Assembly (NCBI GenBank): GCA_002492525.1
Contig: DKZA01000010.1
Location: 21,715-85,714 of the forward strand
DNA from: Lachnospiraceae bacterium UBA7086
GTDB taxonomy: Bacteria > Bacillota > Clostridia > Lachnospirales > Lachnospiraceae
Direction: 5' to 3'
DNA: 64,000 nt
This document shows, in pieces, positions 19,407 to 27,904 of this stretch (the stretch's first letter is position 1; the number at the start of each line of letters is the position of its first letter). Under the pieces are notes generated by a model. That model made no database searches, had not been told where the DNA came from, and saw nothing but the letters and a program-made list of their open reading frames with translations. A program made the translations under genes and the position numbers.

Positions 19407-20228
19407 TTATTTTTCAAAGTGTTTAGAAAAGTTTTCAGGTTTGATATATTGTTGAAGCGGCTTATAGGGAATCCTTTTTAATTTACCGAAGTTTGTGTCT
19501 TCGTTTAAATCCTTTCCCTCATTTTCTTTACGCCCATATGACGAATAATCCACCGGTTCATTAGCAGCCTTTTTTTGTTTTCCCTGTTTGCTTAAAATGG
19601 TTGGTGTTTCAAACTGGCCAAACCAACCGCCGTTAGAATTATACATGCGGCGGTCTCTGGCTAAAATACAATCATATACAGGGAAAACGTCAAAATCAAT
19701 AATTGTAGGAGAGAAGAACCCTGTTTTTTCTTTGTTCTCCAACAGGGTATAAGCGATAACCAGCAACAGGTCTTTTTCTGGTTGAATGTTTTTAAAGGTT
19801 ACTTTTTGTGTTAGGCGGGCAGAAGGTTCTCTCGGTGTGGAGGGCTTCTTCATTTTAATGTTGGGGTTGTCAACAAATAACAGTTTTAGCTCAAGTCTTA
19901 TGCCTGAGGTATGTAAATAGTCAGGGTATCCTTCTCTGTCGCCGAGGATACCGTCATTTTTTCGCAGTCCTACAGAATCAAATATATTTGATTCTGTAAT
20001 TTTAGATAACTGAGGGATACAGGCATCCATTAACGAGCCAATGATCGTTCCGATTTGGGATGGCTCAAATGCTGATAAAATTTCTTTTGGTATAGATAAG
20101 ATATTGAACGGTGCGTTGATTAGCGGCTGCAAAGTCTTTTTAATATTTTTAATGTTCTCAGCACTGACAGATTGAAAATCATGTTTTTTTACATATGCTT
20201 CATATTCTTCTTTTGTCATAAAAGCCAT
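19407..20228 (-). CDS. Probable Type II restriction endonuclease (PD-(D/E)xK)
   Basis: GYPDY...LELK motif; TAATG-coupled to upstream C-protein gene; divergent from methylase; AT-rich. Confidence 0.7.
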   Translation of the reverse strand: MAFMTKEEYEAYVKKHDFQSVSAENIKNIKKTLQPLINAPFNILSIPKEILSAFEPSQIGTIIGSLMDACIPQLSKITESNIFDSVGLRKNDGILGDREGYPDYLHTSGIRLELKLLFVDNPNIKMKKPSTPREPSARLTQKVTFKNIQPEKDLLLVIAYTLLENKEKTGFFSPTIIDFDVFPVYDCILARDRRMYNSNGGWFGQFETPTILSKQGKQKKAANEPVDYSSYGRKENEGKDLNEDTNFGKLKRIPYKPLQQYIKPENFSKHFEK

Positions 20229-20470
20229 TATTTTTTCCCTCCCAGATATTTTTCCGGTAAAACATCTAAAATCGAGATACCAAGCGTATCAATCCACGAT
20301 AGTAATTCAATGACATCCAATCGTCGTTCCCTGTTCTCAACTTTGGAAATAAAAGATTGATTTACATTCAGCAATTTTGCCATTTCTACTTGTGTAATCT
20401 TTTTGTTTATGCGGATAGTCCGCAGAACAGAAATAATTTGTATGTAATCATCAGTGTATATGCTTTTCAT
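20228..20470 (-). CDS. XRE HTH protein, probable R-M controller (C) protein
   Basis: 80 aa from ATG 20470 (AGGAGG RBS); ITQVEMAKLLNVNQSFISKVENRERRLD. Confidence 0.85.
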   Translation of the reverse strand: MKSIYTDDYIQIISVLRTIRINKKITQVEMAKLLNVNQSFISKVENRERRLDVIELLSWIDTLGISILDVLPEKYLGGKK

Positions 20471-20494
20471 GAAAATCCTCCTTTTATGCATTAT

Positions 20495-20528
20495 ATATTC
20501 CAAAAATGAATATTCAAAAATAGAATAT
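20495..20528. promoter_or_regulatory. Tandem C-box-like operators
   Basis: ATATTC-N7-GAATAT at 20495-20513 and 20510-20528 (15-bp period), immediately upstream of the C gene. Confidence 0.75.
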
Positions 20529-20541
20529 TATATGTGACAAA

Positions 20542-20580
20542 GACCACCGTCTTTACTTTTGAAAATCAGTGTGCTATGAT
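20542..20580 (+). promoter_or_regulatory. Methylase promoter with adjacent GACNNNNGTC palindrome
   Basis: GACCACCGTC 20542-20551, then TTTACT-N17-TATGAT with extended -10 TG. Confidence 0.6.
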
Positions 20581-20597
20581 TAATTTTAAAAGGAGAT

Positions 20598-21821
20598 ATG
20601 GCTATGGCGAAAAGAAATTCTACTATTATTGAAACATTTGAAGCCGCATATCGACGACTGGAAGAAGTAATGCTGGCAAACTCTGGAGAGAATGAGTTTG
20701 AAGAGATATTTAAAATTGTACTTATTAAATTGTGGGAAGATTTGCATAATATTACAGATGTATGTACTCTTGACGATGCCAATCATATGTTAGCATTAAT
20801 AGACAGGCTTTGGCCCGGGGTGCTTATTGAGACAAGACTTAATATTTCCGAAGAGCAGTTTATGGTATGTTTTGATGTTATCCGGAACTTTTCGCTTATA
20901 GAAGATGGATATGAAGGTATTGATGGAATCTTTGAATATATTATTTCCCGTGAAAAAAAGGGAGTAAAAGGGCAGTTTTTCACGCCTCGATATCTTGTTG
21001 ATTTTTGTGTCAACATTCTCAATCCTAAAATCAATGAAAGTATTTTGGACCCGGCGGCTGGGTCAGGAGCTTTTTTATATCATGCCTATTTGCACGGTAA
21101 AATAAATGGTGCCGATTTGTGGGAATTTGATTTTGATAATACCGCTGTCAGAACGGCACGTCTATTGATGTATGTTGGCGGGGTAGAAGGCGTTCATATT
21201 CATAAGGTCAACAGCCTTTTACAAAACAAAACAAAAGTATCATTATATCAAAAAGGAATCAGTGATATTTCTACGACAATAGAGGATATCTTAAGGATCG
21301 AAAAGAAAAAAGATTTATTTGATATCATTATTACAAATCCGCCGTTTGCAGGTGAAATTATCGAGCCGGATATTCTGGAAAGTTACAATATCTCTTATGG
21401 AAAAACAAGAATAGAAAGAGATGTGCTTTTTGTAGAGAGATGTATCAATTTATTAAATCCGGGAGGCAGAATGGCAATCATTCTTCCGGATAATATTTTT
21501 GGCAGTAAAGAGAATGAATCTTTACGACGTTGGATATATGATACATGCCGTGTTGTTGGGGTTGTAGGTATTCCAAGGAATGTATTTATGCCGCATACAG
21601 CGATCAAAACAAGCATTTTATTCTTAAAAAAAAGAGAAAAGAAGAGAGACTCATCCGAAAATATTTTTTTTGCTATCAGTGAACTTCCAGGTAAGGATAG
21701 TCGGGGAAATCTTTTATTCAAGGATGAAAGCGCAAGAACCTGGAAAAATGTTGATCACGACTTAGATCAGATTATTACAGAGTTTCAGGCATTTATTAAT
21801 CATGAAAAAATTGGATGGTGA
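20598..21821 (+). CDS. N6-adenine DNA methyltransferase, Type I HsdM-like M subunit
   Basis: GQFFTPR, ILDPAAGSG (motif I), TNPPF (motif IV), GGRMAIILP. Confidence 0.92.
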   Translation: MAMAKRNSTIIETFEAAYRRLEEVMLANSGENEFEEIFKIVLIKLWEDLHNITDVCTLDDANHMLALIDRLWPGVLIETRLNISEEQFMVCFDVIRNFSLIEDGYEGIDGIFEYIISREKKGVKGQFFTPRYLVDFCVNILNPKINESILDPAAGSGAFLYHAYLHGKINGADLWEFDFDNTAVRTARLLMYVGGVEGVHIHKVNSLLQNKTKVSLYQKGISDISTTIEDILRIEKKKDLFDIIITNPPFAGEIIEPDILESYNISYGKTRIERDVLFVERCINLLNPGGRMAIILPDNIFGSKENESLRRWIYDTCRVVGVVGIPRNVFMPHTAIKTSILFLKKREKKRDSSENIFFAISELPGKDSRGNLLFKDESARTWKNVDHDLDQIITEFQAFINHEKIGW

Positions 21822-22471
21822 TAAGAATGGCTATATGTGTTGTAAAAAAAACAACGAATTTAGGGACACAGTTTGTATTAACTCCAGAGCGATATAATCC
21901 GAAGAGGCGTATGAATTTATCTGTTGAAAATGACGGGATACTACTTTCGGAAATTGTTACTTTAGAAAATGATATGGTCTCTTCAAAAAAGAATTCTTCT
22001 GCTTGGTATCAAATAAATACATCGGATGCTATGGGGGGATATTTAAGGATTCCATCCAATCCGGAAAGACTTAACAGTAATAAAAAGCATATCCGGTACG
22101 GAGATATTATTATATCTCGTCTGCGTCCTTATCTTCGTCAGGTTGCCTATGTTGATATAGCTGCAGATGAGCAGCTTTGTGTTTCAACAGAATTTTATGT
22201 ACTTCGCGCAAGGAACAAGGAATCCATTGCATTTTTAGTGCCGTTTTTGCTTTCTGACGCAGCCCAGACTGTTTTTGCAAATGCAGTAGAAGGGAGCCAG
22301 CATCCCAGGTTCAAGGAAGATGATTTGCTGCATTTGATTGTTCCGTCCCAGTTATTTCAGGAAAGAGGGAGGATATCCCAGGATGTTATCAGCGCTGTCA
22401 ATCAGTATAGAGAATATGAAAAATTCATAGAAACAACAATTAGCCACGTCAATAGTATAATGCCAATATAA
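21815..22471 (+). CDS. Half-size HsdS-like specificity subunit (single TRD)
   Basis: GDIIISRLRPYLRQV, VSTEFYVL, GSQHPR motifs typical of HsdS TRDs; overlaps M gene end. Confidence 0.8.
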   Translation: MVIRMAICVVKKTTNLGTQFVLTPERYNPKRRMNLSVENDGILLSEIVTLENDMVSSKKNSSAWYQINTSDAMGGYLRIPSNPERLNSNKKHIRYGDIIISRLRPYLRQVAYVDIAADEQLCVSTEFYVLRARNKESIAFLVPFLLSDAAQTVFANAVEGSQHPRFKEDDLLHLIVPSQLFQERGRISQDVISAVNQYREYEKFIETTISHVNSIMPI

Positions 22472-22589
22472 ATATATTGGTGGTAATTTTTATTTGCAGT
22501 GTATTATATTTTTATAGCAAGATTGAGATTTCTATTTTGCTTAAATCATAAATCATGGGTCAAGTGTACCATGCCCCTTTGCATTGCCA

Positions 22590-22796
22590 TTAAGGCGAAT
22601 CCTTTATATGTTCCGCAATATCATTTAATCCGCAATCCAGCACATCGCATAACTTATCCAGCGTATTGGTACTTACACTTTCATTTTTGCGCAGCCGGTC
22701 AAGCTGGCCGGTACTGATTCCATAGGTGTTAATCAGTTTATATTGTGAGATACCGCGCTTCTTTAAAGTTTCCCAGAGTTTTGTATATATGATCAT
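22590..22796 (-). CDS. Small Cro/C1-type HTH regulator
   Basis: 68 aa, YTKLWETLKKRGISQYKL...TLDKLCDVLDCGLNDI. Confidence 0.85.
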   Translation of the reverse strand: MIIYTKLWETLKKRGISQYKLINTYGISTGQLDRLRKNESVSTNTLDKLCDVLDCGLNDIAEHIKDSP

Positions 22797-22878
22797 TTTA
22801 TCTCTCCATCATTTTGTTGCACCGCATAAAAGTCCTGTCTGTGTTAGGTATGATATAAGGATACGTGCGAAAAAAGCC

Positions 22879-22907
22879 TTGCGTAATGCCCGATATCGGG
22901 CTATACT
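22879..22907 (+). promoter_or_regulatory. Promoter of the dynamin-like operon with a 14-bp palindrome in the spacer
   Basis: TTGCGT-N17-TATACT; perfect palindrome GCCCGATATCGGGC at 22888-22901. Confidence 0.75.
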
Positions 22908-22953
22908 TAAAACGGAAATGTATTTTGTAGAAAAAAGGGAAACGGAGGGAATC

Positions 22954-24879
22954 ATGGAAACGCCAAATATACTATGTGAGAAAAGAGAACAGATTATACT
23001 TAATGATCTGTTTGAGGATTTTAAGATTTTATTGCAGGACAGCGATGCGGCGGAAGAGAAGGAAAAGGTAAAAAACAGTCTCAAAAAAATGGCAGACAAT
23101 ACTACGTATCTGATTCTAGGCGAGGAAGGGGCTGGCAAGACCAGTCTTTTAAATGCGCTGTTTCAGGAGATGACATCTTTTGCGGATGATTTTGCCGGGG
23201 AAATATGTGAATACCGTTGGGGAGAACAGGATCTGACAACGCCCCCGGTGGACGGTATCCAGAAGAAATTTGTCACCATGGAAAATATGAGGGGCCTTTC
23301 CATTGTGGATACCAAAGGGATCAATCGGTTTACGGAAGAAGCCAGAAAGAAAGTAAAAGAACAGATAGAAAGAAGCAGTGCTGTTTTTGTTGTTTTTGAT
23401 GCAGAGCATATCAGGAGCCCGAAACTGTGGGATATTCTGGAAGGCTGTCCGCAGAAAAGAATGATATTTTTCCTCACAAAGTGCGATCTGCTTTCCGGGA
23501 AGGACTTACATAGCAATGTAGAAAAACTCAAAAGTTATATGGAAGAAAGCGGGATATCCGCGCCGCTGTTCCCAATCAGTCATCACAAGAAAAAGATTCG
23601 CGGGGACATCATGGCAATCGATGAGGTGCGTACCTATATCAGGGATAACGTGGTGGGTAACAATCCGATGCTGAACAGACAGATGGAAAATGTGGCCGAG
23701 ATGAAGAGAATCATCGTCCAGTTAAAAGATTCCTTTGCCCTCAGGAAGCAACAGTATGTGTCTGACTTTGAAATCCTGCAGAAAATCAATCGTTCATTGG
23801 ATACTTATATGCTTAACCATAAGAAGTTTCTGGATACTTTTATCGGAAAAGTGGCAGCAGAGATTAATAAGGACATTGATAGTTATGAGAGGGAGATTAT
23901 TTCTAAGCTAGATCCCTATAAGATTAAGGAACGATTTAAGAAAAGGGAAGACTTTGAGGATTATCTGAACATGGTCAATGAGAATTACAGAACCATGATG
24001 AGTGATTCCATCAATCGTAAGACCATAGAAGCCATCAAGAGCTGCCTGCAAGATTTGGAAATTGTTTTTAACGAGGCTACAGGATACTTTAACAAAAGAG
24101 AAAATATCCTGGCGCTAAATGACAAGTTCTACGGAACACTTTCCCAAAGCCGCAGGCAGATGTCCGATGAAACCAGGGAGATGGTGGTTTCCACAGGAGA
24201 ATTATACCGCACGCTAAGCGATGCATCGGAGAATCTGTTTATGCAGATCTGGAATGAACGTAAGAAGTATGATGCCAGTATCAGAATGCACAAAGCCTTA
24301 TCTAATATAGGTGGTGGTACGTTAGGCGGTGCAGCAGGTGCGGGTATAGGACTGGCAGGCCTACATTTATTGACAGGTGGCGGTGCGGTGGCTGCGAGTA
24401 GTGCTGCAGTAGCTGCGGGTAGTGGTGCGGCAACTGTGGGTGGTACTGCGCTAGCTGCGGGTAGCGGTGCGGCAGCTGTGGGTGGTACTGCGACAGCTGC
24501 GGGTGCTACGGGTGTTGCTGTGGCAGGTGCAAGCGTATTTGCGATTGCAGGGCTGGTGGTAATTGGTGTGATTGCCGGGGCAGTGTTGTTTAGGTATATT
24601 TCCAAGAGCTTTTTTGATCCCAAGTCTGCGGACAAGATGGAGGAGAATACCCGGAAATGCATAGAGCAGTTTAAAAAAGAGGTAGACCATACCAGAATAG
24701 AGATGATCGAACAGGTCACCGGGCAGATTACCACTATTTTTGAGAATGAACTTGCCAACGTGGATAATTGTTTTACGGAGTTTCGCATGTCTGTCAATAT
24801 CGATGAAAGAAAGATTCCTCTTTTGGAACAGCGTATGCAGGAGGCGGAAAATTTACTGTTAAAAATAGAAACTATTTAG
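22954..24879 (+). CDS. Dynamin-like GTPase with helical stalk and Gly/Ala-rich hydrophobic segment
   Basis: Start at ATG 22954 (GGAGG RBS); G1 GEEGAGKT, G3 DTKG, G4 TKCD; long coiled-coil region; hydrophobic insert near C-terminus. Confidence 0.75.
   Translation: METPNILCEKREQIILNDLFEDFKILLQDSDAAEEKEKVKNSLKKMADNTTYLILGEEGAGKTSLLNALFQEMTSFADDFAGEICEYRWGEQDLTTPPVDGIQKKFVTMENMRGLSIVDTKGINRFTEEARKKVKEQIERSSAVFVVFDAEHIRSPKLWDILEGCPQKRMIFFLTKCDLLSGKDLHSNVEKLKSYMEESGISAPLFPISHHKKKIRGDIMAIDEVRTYIRDNVVGNNPMLNRQMENVAEMKRIIVQLKDSFALRKQQYVSDFEILQKINRSLDTYMLNHKKFLDTFIGKVAAEINKDIDSYEREIISKLDPYKIKERFKKREDFEDYLNMVNENYRTMMSDSINRKTIEAIKSCLQDLEIVFNEATGYFNKRENILALNDKFYGTLSQSRRQMSDETREMVVSTGELYRTLSDASENLFMQIWNERKKYDASIRMHKALSNIGGGTLGGAAGAGIGLAGLHLLTGGGAVAASSAAVAAGSGAATVGGTALAAGSGAAAVGGTATAAGATGVAVAGASVFAIAGLVVIGVIAGAVLFRYISKSFFDPKSADKMEENTRKCIEQFKKEVDHTRIEMIEQVTGQITTIFENELANVDNCFTEFRMSVNIDERKIPLLEQRMQEAENLLLKIETI
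24411..24504 (+). repeat. 42-bp in-frame tandem repeat (about 2.2 copies)
   Basis: AGCTGCGGGT recurs at 24411, 24453, 24495; encodes AAGSGAA(T/A)VGGTA(L/T). Confidence 0.85.
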
Positions 24880-24920
24880 AGCATAAATACCTATGTTGCG
24901 AAAGGAACAGGTTTATCAAA

Positions 24921-26231
24921 ATGAGAATAAAGAAGGACGAAAGACAGGTTAGAATTATTGCCTGGATCGAGGAACTGGAACAGTATGCAAAGGCACAAAA
25001 ACTGCCCATGCGGATTTTGGATGAGCTGGAAGAATGTAAGCAACTGGCATCCTCCAATCGTGCAGACTGGGATATGGTCAATCGTACCATAGAAGAACTG
25101 CTGGAGAGCATCCAGGGGAAACTTGCCCCAGCCAAGGTGCAACAGGAGAATGTCATAGAGGAAGTTTCCGTGGAAGAAGTGAAAATGCAAGTCAGAAAAA
25201 TGGCGCAAAGATGCCATACGGAAAATTTCTCTTCCGTGGAGGGTATGGTAGAACGAAAGAATACCGTTATCCGCAAGATGTATGGGCAGCTTTCGGAAAT
25301 CGGCCATGTGAGAGCTCATCTGGAAGAATTGAAAAATGAGGATCTGTATCTATTGTTTTTTGAAAAGTGCAGGATATCCTTTGAAAGAGATGTGCTGGAG
25401 ATGGTCGGGGAGTTATTACAAAGTATCCGTAACAATTATGGATATATGCTGGATCATATGAGGAGTATGTTTCAAAGTATAGGCGGCTACAAGAAAGGTA
25501 TGGGCAATGAAAAGTTTTATCTGGAATATGAAGCCCGCCGAGGCGGCATCGATCAAAGAGTACTGGGAGAAGTGCAGACGGCGGATATAGGAGGCAATGA
25601 TCTGATATCTTTTGGACAGAGGACAAAGGATACGGTGAAAGGAATTGTCGGGAAACTGGTACGTAAAAGAAAACTGCTGGCATGGGTGCCGCTGATTGTT
25701 TTGCTGTGTCTGTTTACGGTGACGTCTGTGGTACGGCAGGAACAGAGCAGGCAGACTTTGGAGAGTGCCGAACAGGAGGAAACTGAGGATTCGCTGTTAA
25801 AGGATATAGCGGCGGATTTGGGAAAGAAAACAGTCGAATCCGTATCGGAGGGCGTTTTGCAGTCAATGGCAAGTTTTTTATTGGTACTGCTTGCCAGCCT
25901 TGGCATATTGTCTATTGCGGTGGTGTTGGTAATCGTTGTGCTCTATCGGTGTTATCTCAAAATCCTGAAACGATGGTGTGACCATCAAATCTGTAAAAGA
26001 TGCGGCGAGTATCTGCAAACGGAGCTGTCACAGTTTCAACAGAATAATAATTTCTTCCTGAAACTGGATACGGTTATGAGAAATGCGGTGGAGGAATATG
26101 AACGGCAGTATATGGAAGTGTTAAACAGTCTGTTTATGGATACAGGGTATGCGGATCAACCGGCTCAACAGGAAGGGGCTGCCAGATGGGATACTCTGCG
26201 GGAAGAATGGGAACAGTTAAAATACAGGTAA
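24921..26231 (+). CDS. Helical coiled-coil protein with two TM segments, unknown function
   Basis: 436 aa; hydrophobic LLAWVPLIVLLCLFTV and FLLVLLASLGILSIAVVLVIVVL; co-oriented with GTPase. Confidence 0.75.
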   Translation: MRIKKDERQVRIIAWIEELEQYAKAQKLPMRILDELEECKQLASSNRADWDMVNRTIEELLESIQGKLAPAKVQQENVIEEVSVEEVKMQVRKMAQRCHTENFSSVEGMVERKNTVIRKMYGQLSEIGHVRAHLEELKNEDLYLLFFEKCRISFERDVLEMVGELLQSIRNNYGYMLDHMRSMFQSIGGYKKGMGNEKFYLEYEARRGGIDQRVLGEVQTADIGGNDLISFGQRTKDTVKGIVGKLVRKRKLLAWVPLIVLLCLFTVTSVVRQEQSRQTLESAEQEETEDSLLKDIAADLGKKTVESVSEGVLQSMASFLLVLLASLGILSIAVVLVIVVLYRCYLKILKRWCDHQICKRCGEYLQTELSQFQQNNNFFLKLDTVMRNAVEEYERQYMEVLNSLFMDTGYADQPAQQEGAARWDTLREEWEQLKYR

Positions 26232-26244
26232 AGGATGAGGGAAA

Positions 26245-26826
26245 ATGGACAATATCAAAGGTTTTATGAAAATGGTAAAAGTACCGGAAGGGACACATGG
26301 GGGCGCTAAGACCCAGATAGAAGCCGGCAATTTAAAAACGGTGAAGAAAACACTGGAAGAAAAGATGAACGAGAAAGTTAAGATTTATGGCTTTATCGGC
26401 ATGGAAATCTATGACCTTTCCAAAGACAACCGCATTGAGATTGCGGAGATTAAGACTTACCTGGACAAAATGGATGCCCTGAATGGTGAGATAGAAGAAC
26501 TGGAAAAGCAAAAAGAGGAGTTGGAAAAGAAAACTACCAAAAAGAATATCTGTTCCTGTGGCTATAAATTAAAGCCTCAGGATCGTTTCTGTCCTAACTG
26601 CGGAGAAGTTGTAGAAAGAGATGTGATTATTTGCAGCTGCGGCGCCGAGCTTTCAAAGACGGCTAAGTTCTGCGGCACTTGTGGCAAGCCGGTGGAGGAG
26701 ATTAGAAGTACGCAGCAGACACCGCAGGCCATGCAGGCGCCTGCCATGAAGGAGTGCATCTGCGGAGCCAAAGTGCCGGTGGGACAATTCATGTGTTTGG
26801 AGTGCGGACGTAAGGTGGAAGATTAG
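26245..26826 (+). CDS. Coiled-coil plus three zinc-ribbon (DZR-like) protein
   Basis: CSC...CPNC, CSC...CGTC, CIC...CLEC. Confidence 0.85.
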   Translation: MDNIKGFMKMVKVPEGTHGGAKTQIEAGNLKTVKKTLEEKMNEKVKIYGFIGMEIYDLSKDNRIEIAEIKTYLDKMDALNGEIEELEKQKEELEKKTTKKNICSCGYKLKPQDRFCPNCGEVVERDVIICSCGAELSKTAKFCGTCGKPVEEIRSTQQTPQAMQAPAMKECICGAKVPVGQFMCLECGRKVED

Positions 26827-26865
26827 AGAAATAGAATATTGTAAAGGATATCGTTTTTTTGATTT

Positions 26866-26905
26866 AAAAAGGAGTTTATCGGAAGGGATGGTTAAACTCT
26901 TTTTT
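26866..26905 (+). terminator. Intrinsic terminator after the dynamin-like operon
   Basis: AAAAAGGAGTTTA...TAAACTCTTTTTT. Confidence 0.75.
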
Positions 26906-27014
26906 AGTTATTCTAATAGTATATTTATATAGTAAATTAAAGAATTTCATGATATTATTATACAAAATAATTTTGTACGACTGTAATACCACAAAATAGT
27001 GGAGGTGGATTTGT

Positions 27015-27305
27015 ATGACAGATATTGCTACGATTCAAAAAGTCGTAATACCAATAGCAAATTTTTATGGCGTGAAAAGGCTGTATTTGTTCGGTTCTTA
27101 TGCAAAAGGTACAGAGAACGAGAAAAGTGATGTGGATTTGTTAATAGAAAAAGGAAAGCCTATGTCTTTACTCAAACTTTCGGGAATGAAACAGAAGCTT
27201 GAGGAAGCATTGAATCTTTCTGTCGATTTGGTTACCACGGTTGGGGTGGAGGAAGATTTTAGGAATGAGATAGCAGATGGGGAGATTTTGTTGTATGAAG
27301 AATAG
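27015..27305 (+). CDS. Minimal nucleotidyltransferase (MNT/MntA-like antitoxin)
   Basis: LFGSYAKG...SDVDLL and VDLV motifs; 96 aa. Confidence 0.9.
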   Translation: MTDIATIQKVVIPIANFYGVKRLYLFGSYAKGTENEKSDVDLLIEKGKPMSLLKLSGMKQKLEEALNLSVDLVTTVGVEEDFRNEIADGEILLYEE

Positions 27306-27635
27306 AGATACGGTTATTCTTAAGAAAATTTTGGATTATTGTAATCAGGTAAGAGAAGCCTGTGACATGTTTGATAATGATTATAATAAATTTAAGAGCA
27401 GTTCGGTTTTCCAGAACGCTGCTGTATGTGTATTTTGCAGATTGGTGAATTGTGTAAAGTGGTATCAGAGGAACTAAAGACAAAAGAAAAAATGGTACCT
27501 TGGAAAGAGTGGTGTGGCATTAGGGATATTTTTGCACATCAGTATTCTAATTTAGATTATCAATCAGCATGGGATACAATTCAGAATGATATGCCCGAAC
27601 TGAAAAGAAATATTGAAAGAATAATAACTTTTTAA
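27295..27635 (+). pseudogene. HEPN/DUF86 (HepT-like) RNase toxin, frameshifted near 27420
   Basis: MKNRDTVILKKILDYC...FQNA in one frame, MCILQIGELCK...PWKEWCGIRDIFAHQY in another; one extra base would join them. Confidence 0.8.
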
Positions 27636-27658
27636 TGGCATTGGAGGAGAACTGGCTT

Positions 27659-27904
27659 ATGAAACAATTATTCACGTACGCAGACCAATATATCAAACAA
27701 AGCACCTGGAAGGATTTTGCACTGCTGAAGTTCTGCCTTTTTGCAATGGGAGTTCTGGTCGGCATACAGATACCGGAAAAGAATAAGAAACACGCAGGCA
27801 TTATCTCTGCGATTGTTTTTGCCGCCACCTATATTCCCTTGATGGCCAAATTTGTCTCGGTGATCAGAAATCATTCATTTATTTTGTTCGATGGTAGATT
27901 GTAA
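27659..27904 (+). CDS. Small conserved membrane protein (two TM segments)
   Basis: ATG 27659 after GGAGGAG; WKDFALLKFCLFAMG and ATYIPLMAKF. Confidence 0.7.
   Translation: MKQLFTYADQYIKQSTWKDFALLKFCLFAMGVLVGIQIPEKNKKHAGIISAIVFAATYIPLMAKFVSVIRNHSFILFDGRL

Noticed and set aside
22726-22953. N-terminal extension of the GTPase in the ORF track (similarly 6661, 11052, 44812, 45324, 48898, 54225)
   Set aside because: Extensions overlap promoters or neighbouring genes; downstream ATGs have proper RBS
19382-27640. Integrative element or transposon with att sites
   Set aside because: No integrase or transposase, and no flanking direct repeats found by eye
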